NCBI GenBank assembly: GCA_963777605.1
Contig: CAVZRV010000007.1
Location: forward strand, 320,001 to 384,000
Origin: an uncultured Acidobacteriota bacterium
Lineage (GTDB): Bacteria; Acidobacteriota; UBA6911; RPQK01; JAPXNP01
Length of the DNA: 64,000 nt
Direction of reading: 5' to 3'
A model generated the notes under the pieces. The model did no database searches. It had not been told where the DNA came from and was given only the letters and a program-made list of their open reading frames with translations. A program made the position numbers and the translations under genes. This document shows, piece by piece, positions 38,769 to 48,831 of this stretch; position 1 is the first letter of the stretch, and each line of letters starts with the position of its first letter.

Positions 38769-39764
38769 GTGGTCAGAAAGCGCGCTTATATTTCGTCGTT
38801 GGGAATGCATGTTCCGGAAAACCGGGTCACGAACCGGGAGTTGTCAATGCGGGTGGAAACTTCCGACGAGTGGATTCGTGAACGGACCGGTATCTGTGAG
38901 CGACGGATCGTATCCCCCGGTCAGAGCAACAGCGACCTTTCGGCCAAGGCCGCCCAGAAATGTCTTGCTGCAAGCAAGTGGAAACCGGAAGACATCGACC
39001 TGGTCATCGTAGCGACGGTCACGCCCGACATGATGTTCCCTTCGACTGCATGCCTCGTCCAGGAGAAGATCGGAGCGCTGAATGCCTGGGGCTTTGACCT
39101 CTCAGCCGCCTGTTCGGGATTCATCTTCGCGATGGCAACAGGGAGCAGCTTTATCGAGAGCGGTGCGCACCAGCGTGTTCTGATCATCGGAGCTGATGTC
39201 ATGTCGAGCATCGTCAACCCTGACGATCGCGCAACCTGCGTACTGTTCGGAGACGGCGCAGGTGCAGTCCTTCTTGAGGCCACCGAAGACCCCAACACCG
39301 GCATCGTGGACTCGATTCTTCGAGGGGACGGCTCGGGCGGGAAATTCCTGTTCATGCCGGGAGGTGGGTCCCGCAACCCGGCGTCGAAGGAAAGCATCGA
39401 ACAGGGCATGCACTTCGTTCACCAGGACGGACGCAGCGTTTACAAGTTCGCCGTCAAACACATGTCCGATATCTCCTCGGAGATCTTGCAGAGGAATGGG
39501 ATTCCCGCGGAACAGCTCAAGCTCTTCGTCCCGCACCAGGCAAACCTCAGGATCATCCGTTCCACCGCTGAGCGGCTGGGATTGCGGAAGGATCAGATCG
39601 CCGTCAACATTGATCGTTTTGCCAACACGACGGCCGCAACCATCCCTATATGCCTGACCGAGAGCTATGAATCAGGCCGACTCGCCAAGGGAGACACTGT
39701 CCTGCTCTCCAGTTTCGGGGCCGGGTTCACCTGGGGCAGCATTCTTCTCAGATGGGGAATCTAG
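38769..39764 (+). CDS. fabH: 3-oxoacyl-ACP synthase III
   Basis: ETSDEWIRERTGI, AACSGF, LFGDGAGA, PHQANLRI, NT, FGAGFTWG. Confidence 0.96.
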   Translation: MVRKRAYISSLGMHVPENRVTNRELSMRVETSDEWIRERTGICERRIVSPGQSNSDLSAKAAQKCLAASKWKPEDIDLVIVATVTPDMMFPSTACLVQEKIGALNAWGFDLSAACSGFIFAMATGSSFIESGAHQRVLIIGADVMSSIVNPDDRATCVLFGDGAGAVLLEATEDPNTGIVDSILRGDGSGGKFLFMPGGGSRNPASKESIEQGMHFVHQDGRSVYKFAVKHMSDISSEILQRNGIPAEQLKLFVPHQANLRIIRSTAERLGLRKDQIAVNIDRFANTTAATIPICLTESYESGRLAKGDTVLLSSFGAGFTWGSILLRWGI

Positions 39765-39767
39765 TGG

Positions 39768-40289
39768 TCAGATAAAAAGGTCGTCCTCCGGGTTATCGCG
39801 AACCGGAGTGTGCTCTGTCTTTCTGGAAAACAGGTAGTCAACGCCTACCTTCAATCCTCTGATCACCGAAGAGATCTCGACGATCGGCCGCAGGAGGTCC
39901 TGCTGGACAATGTCGGTGGTTTGACGGAACTTCGCCACGGTATCGCCGACCGTCTCGTCGACTTTGTCGGCCTGTCGTTTCCCCACTTCCACGAAGCGAT
40001 CGACGAGTTGATCCAGATCCCGGGTCCTGGTCTCCACCATCCGGTTGACATCCTCCGCCCGGTTGGAGAGGTTCTCGAAGACTGACTTGAGATGCTCCAA
40101 ACCCGAGACGATGTCCTGCAACCGGGTGAGTACATCCCGGGCATCCTGCTCCAGGTCAGTGGATAATCGGCTCAGACGACTTACCGCATCGCCAGTAGAA
40201 CGCATCGTGCGCCAGACAACAACCGCCTGGGCCACAATCGAGAGGGCCGTAACGCCCACGAAAATTACAAGTAGGACCTCGACCGTCAA
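39768..40289 (-). CDS. DUF948-like membrane-anchored coiled-coil protein
   Basis: N-terminal TM followed by amphipathic helices; downstream of a YtxH gene. Confidence 0.6.
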   Translation of the reverse strand: MTVEVLLVIFVGVTALSIVAQAVVVWRTMRSTGDAVSRLSRLSTDLEQDARDVLTRLQDIVSGLEHLKSVFENLSNRAEDVNRMVETRTRDLDQLVDRFVEVGKRQADKVDETVGDTVAKFRQTTDIVQQDLLRPIVEISSVIRGLKVGVDYLFSRKTEHTPVRDNPEDDLFI

Positions 40290-40317
40290 GGCAACTTCCC
40301 CTTACTCACACAGAAAC

Positions 40318-40662
40318 TTAACCTTTTCCGCCGGCTTCAGGCTCCAGCTTGTCCTTCTCTGACTGGTAGGCCTTTTTTCCCGCATCGATCGCCGAGGAAA
40401 TTTGCTCACGCTGATGGTCCACGAGTTCGCGTCCCCGCTCCACAGTCGTGTTCAACTTTTCCCCAAGGTCCTGTTTGACACCGGAGACATAGCCCCGACC
40501 CGACTCGACTTTGCGCTTCACATCGTCAACACCGGTTCGATAGCGATCTCCCAGCAGATCGCGGGTTTCCTGACCCGATTTTGGAGCGAAGAGAAGAGCG
40601 ACTGAAGCCCCCACAAAACCGCCAATCATGAAGTACAAAAGCTTCTCACCACTGTCCGCCAT
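40318..40662 (-). CDS. YtxH domain protein
   Basis: GGFVGASVALLFAPKSGQETR. Confidence 0.88.
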   Translation of the reverse strand: MADSGEKLLYFMIGGFVGASVALLFAPKSGQETRDLLGDRYRTGVDDVKRKVESGRGYVSGVKQDLGEKLNTTVERGRELVDHQREQISSAIDAGKKAYQSEKDKLEPEAGGKG

Positions 40663-40740
40663 TATATCTCTCCTTCCTGGAACGTATCCGAATCAAGAGT
40701 TGGTTCGTCTGATCGAAGTTCAAGAGTATCATAAGTTTCG

Positions 40741-41565
40741 ATGGAGCGAGAAGAATCGACCAGGAAGCGGAGCAAGATTCCCAGAGCCCTCACCATCGCC
40801 GGATCCGACAGTGGAGGCGGTGCCGGAATTCAGGCCGATCTGAAGACTTTCGGAGCCTTGGGGGTCCACGGAATGAGCGCCATCACGGCGGTGACGGCAC
40901 AGAATACCAAAGAAGTGCGAAGCATCTTCGGAATTCCCCCCGGGATCGTTCGAGACCAGATTGACGCGGTGGCCGAAGACATCGGTGTCGATGCGGCCAA
41001 GACCGGGATGCTGCACTCATCCGAGATCATCCTGTCCGTCGCTGAAGCCGTCGAGATGCACCAGATTTCACTGCTGGTAGTTGACCCCGTGATGATATCG
41101 ACATCGGGAGCCCGACTGATCGAGGAAGACGCGGTTGAAGCGCTGATAAGAGCACTATTGCCGCTTGCTCTTATCATCACGCCCAACCTCCCGGAAGCGG
41201 GGCAACTGGTTGGGCGCCGATTGGAAGAGGACCACCAGATCTGGAAGGCTGCCGAAGAAATCCTGAGCATGGGCCCTCGAGCCGTGGTTATCAAGGGCGG
41301 GCACCGGCAGGATCCGGCCCGATCCCAGGACTATTACCTCGACGAAGAAGGGCCAGTCCTGCTGGACGCACCCAGGATAGCGACGTCGAACACCCACGGA
41401 AGCGGATGTACCTTTGCGGCTGCGGTCACTGCCTTCCTGGCCCAGGGGCACACTTCCCGGGAGGCCTGTCGGCGCGCCAAGAACTACGTGTCCGAGGCAC
41501 TCCAAAAATCCTTGTCGATCGGCGCGGGACACGGTCCGCTGGGGCACTTCTGGGAGTGGTGGTAG
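40741..41565 (+). CDS. thiD: hydroxymethylpyrimidine/phosphomethylpyrimidine kinase
   Basis: LTIAGSDSGGGAGIQADLKT, KTGML, TPNLPEA, KGGH, HGSGCT. Confidence 0.96.
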   Translation: MEREESTRKRSKIPRALTIAGSDSGGGAGIQADLKTFGALGVHGMSAITAVTAQNTKEVRSIFGIPPGIVRDQIDAVAEDIGVDAAKTGMLHSSEIILSVAEAVEMHQISLLVVDPVMISTSGARLIEEDAVEALIRALLPLALIITPNLPEAGQLVGRRLEEDHQIWKAAEEILSMGPRAVVIKGGHRQDPARSQDYYLDEEGPVLLDAPRIATSNTHGSGCTFAAAVTAFLAQGHTSREACRRAKNYVSEALQKSLSIGAGHGPLGHFWEWW

Positions 41566-41583
41566 ATCTCCGCCGAGCCTGCT

Positions 41584-42273
41584 TCAGATCGTCCGGCTGC
41601 TCCGGCCATGCTGTTTCGACTTCTGCTCGGCGTAGTAAGGACACAAGTCAGCCAGGAAACAGCTCTCACAGCGCGGATTCTGGGCCTTGCAGGTCTTTCG
41701 TCCGTGGAGAATCAGTCGGTGGGAATAGGCGATCCACTCCTCCCTCGGGACTTTGGCCATCAGGTCTTTTTCGATCCGGGTGGGATCACTGTAGGAAGTG
41801 AATCCCAGCCGCCGCGACAGGCGGCTCACATGGGTATCGACCACCACACCGTCAGCGATTCCGAACCAGGTACCGAGTACAACATTGGCAGTCTTGCGCG
41901 CGACACCGGGAAGCTCGAGCAGATACTCCATAGAGTCCGGAACCCGTCCCTCGAATTTCTCCAAGATGGCACGCGAGGCTCCAATCAGGTTCTTTGCCTT
42001 GTTGCGAAAGAAACCCGTGCTTCGGATCACTTCCTGGAGCTCCGTTTCCTCGGCGTCCGCCATTGAAACAGGATCGGGATACCTGCGAAAGAGATCGGGG
42101 GTCACCTTGTTAACGCGATCATCCGTACACTGGGCCGAGAGTATCGTGGCGACAAGCAACTGGAAGGGATTCTGGTGAACAAGGGCACAGTCGGCATCGG
42201 GAAATTCGCCCTGAAGCCTGGACAGGACCTCTTGAATACGCTCTCTTTCAGCCCGGCTGGATGTTCGCGGCAC
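41584..42273 (-). CDS. nth: endonuclease III
   Basis: ILSAQCTD, LPGVARKTANVV, VDTH, C-x6-C-x2-C-x5-C Fe-S motif. Confidence 0.96.
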   Translation of the reverse strand: MPRTSSRAERERIQEVLSRLQGEFPDADCALVHQNPFQLLVATILSAQCTDDRVNKVTPDLFRRYPDPVSMADAEETELQEVIRSTGFFRNKAKNLIGASRAILEKFEGRVPDSMEYLLELPGVARKTANVVLGTWFGIADGVVVDTHVSRLSRRLGFTSYSDPTRIEKDLMAKVPREEWIAYSHRLILHGRKTCKAQNPRCESCFLADLCPYYAEQKSKQHGRSSRTI

Positions 42274-42344
42274 GGACTCATCTTAGCATTCCAGAAACCT
42301 CGATTGTGCAACTCGTCCCCCTTTTTCGAATCCTTACTGGTGTG

Positions 42345-42596
42345 ATGAAAGTGTCGGGGATCGCTGTATTCGCCCTCCTCGGGGGCTTCTTCCTACTGCT
42401 GATGGCCGGAATGGACAACGCTCAGGCCACCCTCAAATACAAGAAAGAGACCGGGAAGAAGTGTACCTTCTGCCACAACCAGATCCCCGAACCGGGAGAT
42501 GAAGACCCCCGACTGACCAAAGACGGGAAGAAGTTCAAGGAGAATGGTCACAAGCTGACCGAAGAACAGAAGCAGAGACCGGACTCAGTTCACTAG
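42345..42596 (+). CDS. small exported monoheme c-type cytochrome-like protein
   Basis: Signal peptide ending AQA; KKETGKKCTFCH (CxxCH). Confidence 0.7.
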   Translation: MKVSGIAVFALLGGFFLLLMAGMDNAQATLKYKKETGKKCTFCHNQIPEPGDEDPRLTKDGKKFKENGHKLTEEQKQRPDSVH

Positions 42597-42650
42597 TGTC
42601 CTGTCACGCATCTTATGACGCTTTCAGAGCCCCGCATACGTGACAGGAGA

Positions 42651-44369
42651 TTAGAGCTGCTTTTCCCCTGACACCGCCCGAGGCCTTTTTCCATTCCTGT
42701 TGCGCGCTGACGAGTGGTCCCGCAATGCCACTGCCAGCCCGGCCAGTAAGACACCTGCCAGGAGACCGACAAGCACGGATATCCACGAGAAGCCTCCGCC
42801 GAATTCCGGCAGGAGCCCGGCCGGTTGAACCTGAAAGTAGTACCCGTCGAGGGGGACCTTCTGTCCATTTTCATCGATCAGGTGCAGCTCCAGGCTAACC
42901 ACCTCGCCCTCCCCGGGTGTCCCCGCGAGGCTCCACTGCCACTCCGCCTCTTCGCGAGGAGCCGCCGACTGAACCGCATCTCCCTTCGTCAAGGTTCCCT
43001 TGAGAGATGGCGAAGAAGATCGCAACTGGGCCTCCAGCTTGAGGGCTCCCCCCAGGGATTGATAGAGGCGCCTTTCTTCTTCAGTGAACTGGACCGTATT
43101 GGGAGAGGCGGTTTTCAATCGCAGGACGGTGGCCTCCTCAGGAGACTTCGAGGGCACGACTTCGAGCGTTCCGATCGGCTGGGAAAGGAGGTTGATCTCT
43201 CCCAGCTGAACCGGCTCGTCGCCACCTTCCTCTGCCTTTCGCCTGACCGAAAGTGCCTCCCCGAGGCGCTCGGCCAACTCCAGCTTTTCCTTTGACTCCT
43301 TAGTAGCCAGGTAGGTGGCCTCCAGGCTGCCGCGATCCGAAGTCACGGCTTTGAGATTTCCCTGGAGCTTGTCGGCCCGGCGACGGGAATCGGCCAACTC
43401 CTGGCTCAACTCAGTGACCTTGCGCTCCAGGTCGGATACCTGACCGCTGAGCCGCACCTTGTCCTGGGAAAGCATGTCGATATTGCGAGTCAGGCTGTCT
43501 ACCTGGCGACCAAGCTGAGAATTCGAGTCAAGCTGAACGTTCAGCTTCGAGGCAACCGCCTGGACCTGATCGCGGAACTTGGCATTCTCGGCCTTAACCC
43601 CGGCCAATTCCTGGTCCAACTGGTTCCGCTCCCGCTGCAGGCTGTCCCGTTCCTGGCGAAGCGTAGTAACCGACTCGCTGGCGCCCGCCAACCCAGAACG
43701 CACTTCCTGCAGCTGCATTTCGAGGTTCTTGCGGGAACTCCGTTCCTCCGCGAGTGACGCCTCCGTCTGTGTCAACCTCTGTTTGGCCTGGTCGAGGTCT
43801 TTCTGGATTTTCGCGTATTCGGGCTGGCTCTCCAGAATCGCCTTGTTCACGAATTCGGTCGAAGCGCCGGTGGTGTCGGAGAACTGTCGAACCGTCCGGT
43901 TGTACTGGTCCGTGATGTACTGCTCCTTGGCCTTGTCCAGTTCCTTGTAGCTCAGTCCCTCGGAGAATGTCTCTTTGAGTGCGGCATCAAAGGCGGAACG
44001 GCGGTGAAAAGTGTAGGTCAACGATTCACCGAAGTCGAAAATCACGGAAGCCTTGCGGGTCTGATCGATCGAGGCCAGCTTGAATTCGATGCTTGAGTCG
44101 TTGAAGTCGATCGCAGTGATCCTCACCTGCTCTCCCACCCGGAACGTCAGTGGGCTCTTGAGGCTCTCAGGGTCGTCCACGAGCAGGTTTCCGCGAAGAT
44201 GGATCGTCTCCCTCTCCCCGTGCACTGGCCGCTGAAGAAAGAGCGCCCGGTTCTCATATTGCTGCCTGTATTCCAGCTGGACCTCTTTCCCGACACCCGC
44301 CCAAACGGTCGAGCCTGCCAGGAAAGACAGGCAAATTGCCACGAGCATCGAGCCGATTCTGGAACCCAT
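42651..44369 (-). CDS. exported long coiled-coil protein with C-terminal membrane anchor
   Basis: Signal peptide (..VWA), about 200 aa of heptad-rich sequence, C-terminal TM and basic tail. Confidence 0.7.
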   Translation of the reverse strand: MGSRIGSMLVAICLSFLAGSTVWAGVGKEVQLEYRQQYENRALFLQRPVHGERETIHLRGNLLVDDPESLKSPLTFRVGEQVRITAIDFNDSSIEFKLASIDQTRKASVIFDFGESLTYTFHRRSAFDAALKETFSEGLSYKELDKAKEQYITDQYNRTVRQFSDTTGASTEFVNKAILESQPEYAKIQKDLDQAKQRLTQTEASLAEERSSRKNLEMQLQEVRSGLAGASESVTTLRQERDSLQRERNQLDQELAGVKAENAKFRDQVQAVASKLNVQLDSNSQLGRQVDSLTRNIDMLSQDKVRLSGQVSDLERKVTELSQELADSRRRADKLQGNLKAVTSDRGSLEATYLATKESKEKLELAERLGEALSVRRKAEEGGDEPVQLGEINLLSQPIGTLEVVPSKSPEEATVLRLKTASPNTVQFTEEERRLYQSLGGALKLEAQLRSSSPSLKGTLTKGDAVQSAAPREEAEWQWSLAGTPGEGEVVSLELHLIDENGQKVPLDGYYFQVQPAGLLPEFGGGFSWISVLVGLLAGVLLAGLAVALRDHSSARNRNGKRPRAVSGEKQL

Positions 44370-44533
44370 CACACCCTCCGCCAAATTCTGTCTAGCTCCT
44401 GTCCTCACGCGCATCAGCATACAGCACACCCATGCCTCCCTGCCGACTCCAGTAGGGTTTCATCCAAAAGGCTTCTCCGGAAAACGCGAGAGGCCCCACC
44501 GGCTCCAGCCAATCTCCGGCGTCCGGTACGGTC

Positions 44534-45547
44534 TCACCACCACTGTGCCCGCACCTTTCCAACCAGCCTGCCCCGGTCCCCCGAGAGATTCATTCCGAAG
44601 ATCAGCAGGAACGCAACCAGGGCCGGCGCCCACTTCCAGTGCTGAGACAGAAGTGCCTGCAGGGAGGCAGCATCCCGAATCAGCAGCCCCAGACTGACCG
44701 CCGGCTCCTGAACTCCAACGCCGAGGAACGAGAGGCTGATTTCAGCGACCAGGAAGAGAGGCAGGAAAAACGTTGCCTGGACAACGAGGACACTGCGGCA
44801 GAACGGCAGAACGTGGCGCACGAGGATCCTGAAATCGGAGGCTCCGATCGACCGGGCCGCCAACACGTGTTCCCGTTCCCTGATGGCCAGTACCTGTCCT
44901 CGAACGACCCTCGACACGGTCGCCCACGAGATCACCACGAAAATGACCACCATCATCATCATGGCTTCCAATGGAGAGAGGTTCACAGGGTAAAGAACGC
45001 GCAGTCCCAGGATGAAGAAAAGCCCGGGAACGGCAAGGAAGAGATCACTGACCCGCATGATGATCCGGTCGGCCCAACCTGAATAGTAGCCGGAAAGAGC
45101 CCCGGCCAGGGTTCCGATCAACAGCGTAAAAATGATCGCGGTCAGTGAGGCCAGCAAGGAAAAGCGGACGCCGCTGAGGGTCCGCGAGAAGATGTCTCTC
45201 CCCAGAGAGTCAGACCCGAGCAGAAAGACCGGCTGGGCACAGTCAGCAGTTCCCCAGATCCGGAACGGAATCCAGGATCCCCCCAAAACCCCTTCCTGCC
45301 GGCACTCCGGGAACCATGTAAGGGGCACCCGAAGACGGCTGGAAGAAACGCCAGGCTCTCGCTCCAGGACGGCGAAGATCGGGAGCCTCGAGCCCCCAGC
45401 CCAGCCGAAGGTCAGACGGGAAGGAGGCTGGTTCGGCCACTCTCGAAACTGATAGTCGGGAGGTTGAGGAGCAAGCATCGGGAGCAGGAAGAGTCCCAGT
45501 AATCCAAGACCCAGCCCCAGACCTGTCCAGATAGCTCCCCGCGTCAT
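44534..45547 (-). CDS. peptide ABC transporter permease (OppC/DppC-like)
   Basis: LLGSDSLGRDIFSR, RVVRGQVL, AARSIGAS..RILVRHVLP; ATGA overlap with the upstream permease. Confidence 0.9.
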   Translation of the reverse strand: MTRGAIWTGLGLGLGLLGLFLLPMLAPQPPDYQFREWPNQPPSRLTFGWAGGSRLPIFAVLEREPGVSSSRLRVPLTWFPECRQEGVLGGSWIPFRIWGTADCAQPVFLLGSDSLGRDIFSRTLSGVRFSLLASLTAIIFTLLIGTLAGALSGYYSGWADRIIMRVSDLFLAVPGLFFILGLRVLYPVNLSPLEAMMMMVVIFVVISWATVSRVVRGQVLAIREREHVLAARSIGASDFRILVRHVLPFCRSVLVVQATFFLPLFLVAEISLSFLGVGVQEPAVSLGLLIRDAASLQALLSQHWKWAPALVAFLLIFGMNLSGDRGRLVGKVRAQWW

Positions 45548-46470
45548 GGTTCTCTGACCCTCGGGTCGTTCAGACAGAGCACGATGTCGGCGATCAAACC
45601 GGCGCACAAAACCGCGACCGCGGCCGTCAGAACGGCAAATAAAGCTACGTAAAGGTCCCGTGACTGAATGGCATCGACAGTCAGGGCACCGAGGCCTGGC
45701 CAGCCAAATACTTTCTCGGCTACAACAGCGCCGCTCATCAGGCCGGCAAGGGTGACCCCTGCCATGGAGATCAATGGATTCGCGGCATTCCTCAATGCCT
45801 GGAACAGGATCCGATGTCGCGGAATCCCACGGGCAGCCGCGGAAGCGATGTAAGGCTGAGACAGGACATCCACGAGCTCTAGCCGCAGGATTCGCAGGAA
45901 AACTGCTCCGGAAGGTATGGCCAGAGTCAAAGCCGGCAACCAGACCTGGTAGATGTGTTCGCTGTCAAGGAAAGGTGACCAGCCCGACCAAATCGAAATC
46001 CCGAAGAGGAGGACCGCCGAGAGTACCGACGGCAACGACAGGGCGACGAGGGAGAGCACCAGGATCACCCGATCGAGCAAACCGCCGATCAGGGCCGCTG
46101 AGACACAGGCCAGGGGAACCGACCAGGACAAGCTGAAAAGGAGTGCCACCCCGGCCAGGAACAGAGTGAATTTCAGGCGCTCGATCACGAGTTGGAAGGC
46201 CGGGCGGTGCTGGGCAAACGAGTAGCCGAAATTGCCCCGAACTACCTGAGATAGCCACGCCAGGTACTGAGCCGGAAGAGCCTTCCGAAGGCCGAAATCC
46301 TCCCGGAGTTTCTCAACGGTCGCCTTCGATATGGTCGGGTTCAGTTCCATTTCGGTCAAGAAGTCCCCGGGGACGGAGCTGAAGAAAACGAATACGAGGA
46401 CGGAAAGGAGGAAGAGGGCGGGAATTGCTTCGAGAAGACGTCGTAAGACGAAACGAAGGATCGATTTCAC
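45544..46470 (-). CDS. peptide ABC transporter permease (OppB/DppB-like)
   Basis: RFVLRRLL, QYLAWL...GNFGYS, EKVFGWPGLG. GTG start overlaps the TGA of the binding-protein C-terminus. Confidence 0.88.
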   Translation of the reverse strand: MKSILRFVLRRLLEAIPALFLLSVLVFVFFSSVPGDFLTEMELNPTISKATVEKLREDFGLRKALPAQYLAWLSQVVRGNFGYSFAQHRPAFQLVIERLKFTLFLAGVALLFSLSWSVPLACVSAALIGGLLDRVILVLSLVALSLPSVLSAVLLFGISIWSGWSPFLDSEHIYQVWLPALTLAIPSGAVFLRILRLELVDVLSQPYIASAAARGIPRHRILFQALRNAANPLISMAGVTLAGLMSGAVVAEKVFGWPGLGALTVDAIQSRDLYVALFAVLTAAVAVLCAGLIADIVLCLNDPRVREP

Positions 46471-48297
46471 GGCTCCGCCCTTGAGATCTTCCAGGACCGC
46501 GCCCACGCATAAGGAAACACCGATGCCACGTCGATGCTGCTCAGCCCCGGACTCCGCGCCAGCAGAATGTCTCGATGGACGAGCGGGATCAGGGGAACTT
46601 CCTCCGCCAGCAACCGCTGCACGCGGGAGAACAGCTCCACCTGGCGCCCTCGATCGACGGTAGCGCTGAGCTCTTCCATCACCTGGTCGATCTTCGAGTT
46701 CCCACTCGGGCGCCTCGCTCCGGTCCAGCCTCCAGACGTGCATGGCCCCGTCGGAGAGGAGCAGATCGCGCATCTGGAACGGTTCCAGCGGGAGGTCCAG
46801 GTTCATGATCGCTACGTCGAAGTCATGCGATCCCATAACCCGAGAAATCACCGAGCGGAGCTCCTCCTGGCGAACAGAGACCTCAATCCCGACTCGTGCA
46901 AGGTCCTGCCGGATCAGGCTGGCAATACGACCCTGGACGTCACCGGCCGAGGTCACCAGTTCGAACCGGACCGGGTTCCCCGCGGAGTCAACCAGCCTAA
47001 TGCCGCCTTCTATCCCGTGGAAAGAAAAACCTGCCTGGCGGAGAAGCTCATGTGCAACCTCAAGGCCGCTCTTCTCTGCCTCGGCAGGCAAATACCAACG
47101 GCTGTTGGCGGGGGAGATCAGCCGTTTCGCCTCGGTCGCCAGCCCAAGATAAACGTTGCGGACAATCGAAGATCGGCTCACGGCTGCGCTCAGCGCTCGA
47201 CGGAATCCCCGTTTCGAGAACCAGCTGTACCGAATCCTTGCATCCTCCTTCGTGGGCTGATTGAGGTTAAGACAGAAGAAGGTGACATTGCTGGAGGGTC
47301 CGAGTTCCCGGGTCACACAGACCTTGCGCTCTTCCAGTAACCGGAAGTCCTCAGGTCGAAGAAGCTGGTCGATAAGATCGAGCTGGCCCAGGTTCAGCCT
47401 CAAGACCTGGGCGTTACGGTCTTCGAGATAGAGCAACCTGACTTCATCGAGGTAGGGCAACTGGGCTCCGGACGAATCTGTCTTCCAGTAGTAGGGATTG
47501 CGCTTCAGAGTAGTGCCGATTCCCGGCTTGTGTTCGGCGACCATGAACGGACCGAGGCCCGCCATCTCGACAGGGTCGGTGCCGAGGGTCCACTTTTCCT
47601 CGATCGGTGAATCGCCTTCCTCTGATTCCAGCAGGTGCCGCGGAAGTACCGGGATGGTCGAGAGCACCGACTCAATCCCGGAAAAGGGTCGCGGCCAGCG
47701 CAACTCGATCTCTCCCGATGGGAGAACGGAAAATTTCAGCGGCTCGCCATAGATATAAGCCGAGTCTTTCAGCACGTTGGAGGACGCCGGGTCAAGAATA
47801 TTCTCCAGAGTGAACACCACGTCTTCAGGGCCGACCAAGACGCCGTCGGAAAAGCGCAGGCCCTGCCGCAGGGCTAACCGAGCACTGGTCCCGTCGGATC
47901 CAAATATGGCGTCGCAAACTCCAGGACCAACGGTTTGTGCGACGGGATCAAATTCCAGCAGGGTGCCGGTTGTCAGCATGACCAACAGCCGGGAACGGGA
48001 TTCTGAGGCGGCAAGATAGTTGAAGGTGTTGGGCTCACCGGCCAGCGCGTACCGCACGCTCCCACCGGGACGGCCCTGACAGGAGACTTCGAGCGCCCCT
48101 GCAGGAACCTCTCCCCGCCGGTCTGCTTCCGGAGGTCCTTCCGAACCGTTCCTTTCTCCGGAACATGCCCCCAGCAACAGAACCAGGATCAGCCAGCCCA
48201 GGACTGTTCCTGAAGGCCCCCACGGCAACCGAAGCTTTCGTGGCGGAGCCAGTGAATGTGTCATAGTCGCAAAAGCATCGCTACTCTTCCCAGGCAC
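46467..48297 (-). CDS. peptide ABC transporter substrate-binding lipoprotein (family 5), one-base frameshift near 46695
   Basis: Lipobox LLGAC, LRQGLRFSDG, GLGPF, RNPYYW...LPYLD. True C-terminus (VQRLLAEEVPLIPLV) is in ORF 46467..46682. Confidence 0.85.
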
Positions 48298-48315
48298 CAG
48301 ACTGCGCCGACACCG

Positions 48316-48774
48316 CTATTTGATCGGTGGGGGCTTCAACCAGTCATAGCCGATCACGGGGTCGTCATGAGCAATCCGGCCTTCGTCATCCGGGTCGTAA
48401 GTTCGGGACGTGATGTAAAACAGGTTGGCAGGTCCGGACATGCACTTGCAGCCGTGGGCGACCCCAGGGGGGATCTTGAGAAGGATCGCATCTTGCCCTT
48501 CGCCCATCATCAACTCCATCAACTCTCCATGAGTATCGGAGTCCGGACGGTTGTCATACAAGGCCACCTTCAACACTCCGCTCCCCACATACCACCAGTC
48601 CACCTGTCTGGCATGGATGTGCCAGGCCTTGATCACACCCTGGTACATCAGGGAATGGCTCCACTGGCCAAATCCCTCTGAAAAGATGTCGTCGTGAACA
48701 CGGACGATCTCGCGAAAGAACCCCCGCTCGTCCCGGTGTGTCTGCAATCCGCGAATCTCAACCCCGTCGATCAT
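48316..48774 (-). CDS. dTDP-4-dehydrorhamnose 3,5-epimerase family (RmlC-like cupin)
   Basis: DERGFFRE, GVIKAWHIH, IPPGVAHG, YDPDDE. Confidence 0.85.
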   Translation of the reverse strand: MIDGVEIRGLQTHRDERGFFREIVRVHDDIFSEGFGQWSHSLMYQGVIKAWHIHARQVDWWYVGSGVLKVALYDNRPDSDTHGELMELMMGEGQDAILLKIPPGVAHGCKCMSGPANLFYITSRTYDPDDEGRIAHDDPVIGYDWLKPPPIK

Positions 48775-48831
48775 TCAGTCTCACTCCTCTTCGAAACAGT
48801 ATACCGTCCGCCAGGGGTTCGATGACCGGCG

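Noticed and set aside
45544-48297. Novel substrate-binding protein/permease fusion (917-aa ORF)
   Set aside because: The true binding-protein C-terminus is in another frame with a GTGA coupling to the permease; a single-base insertion explains the fusion.
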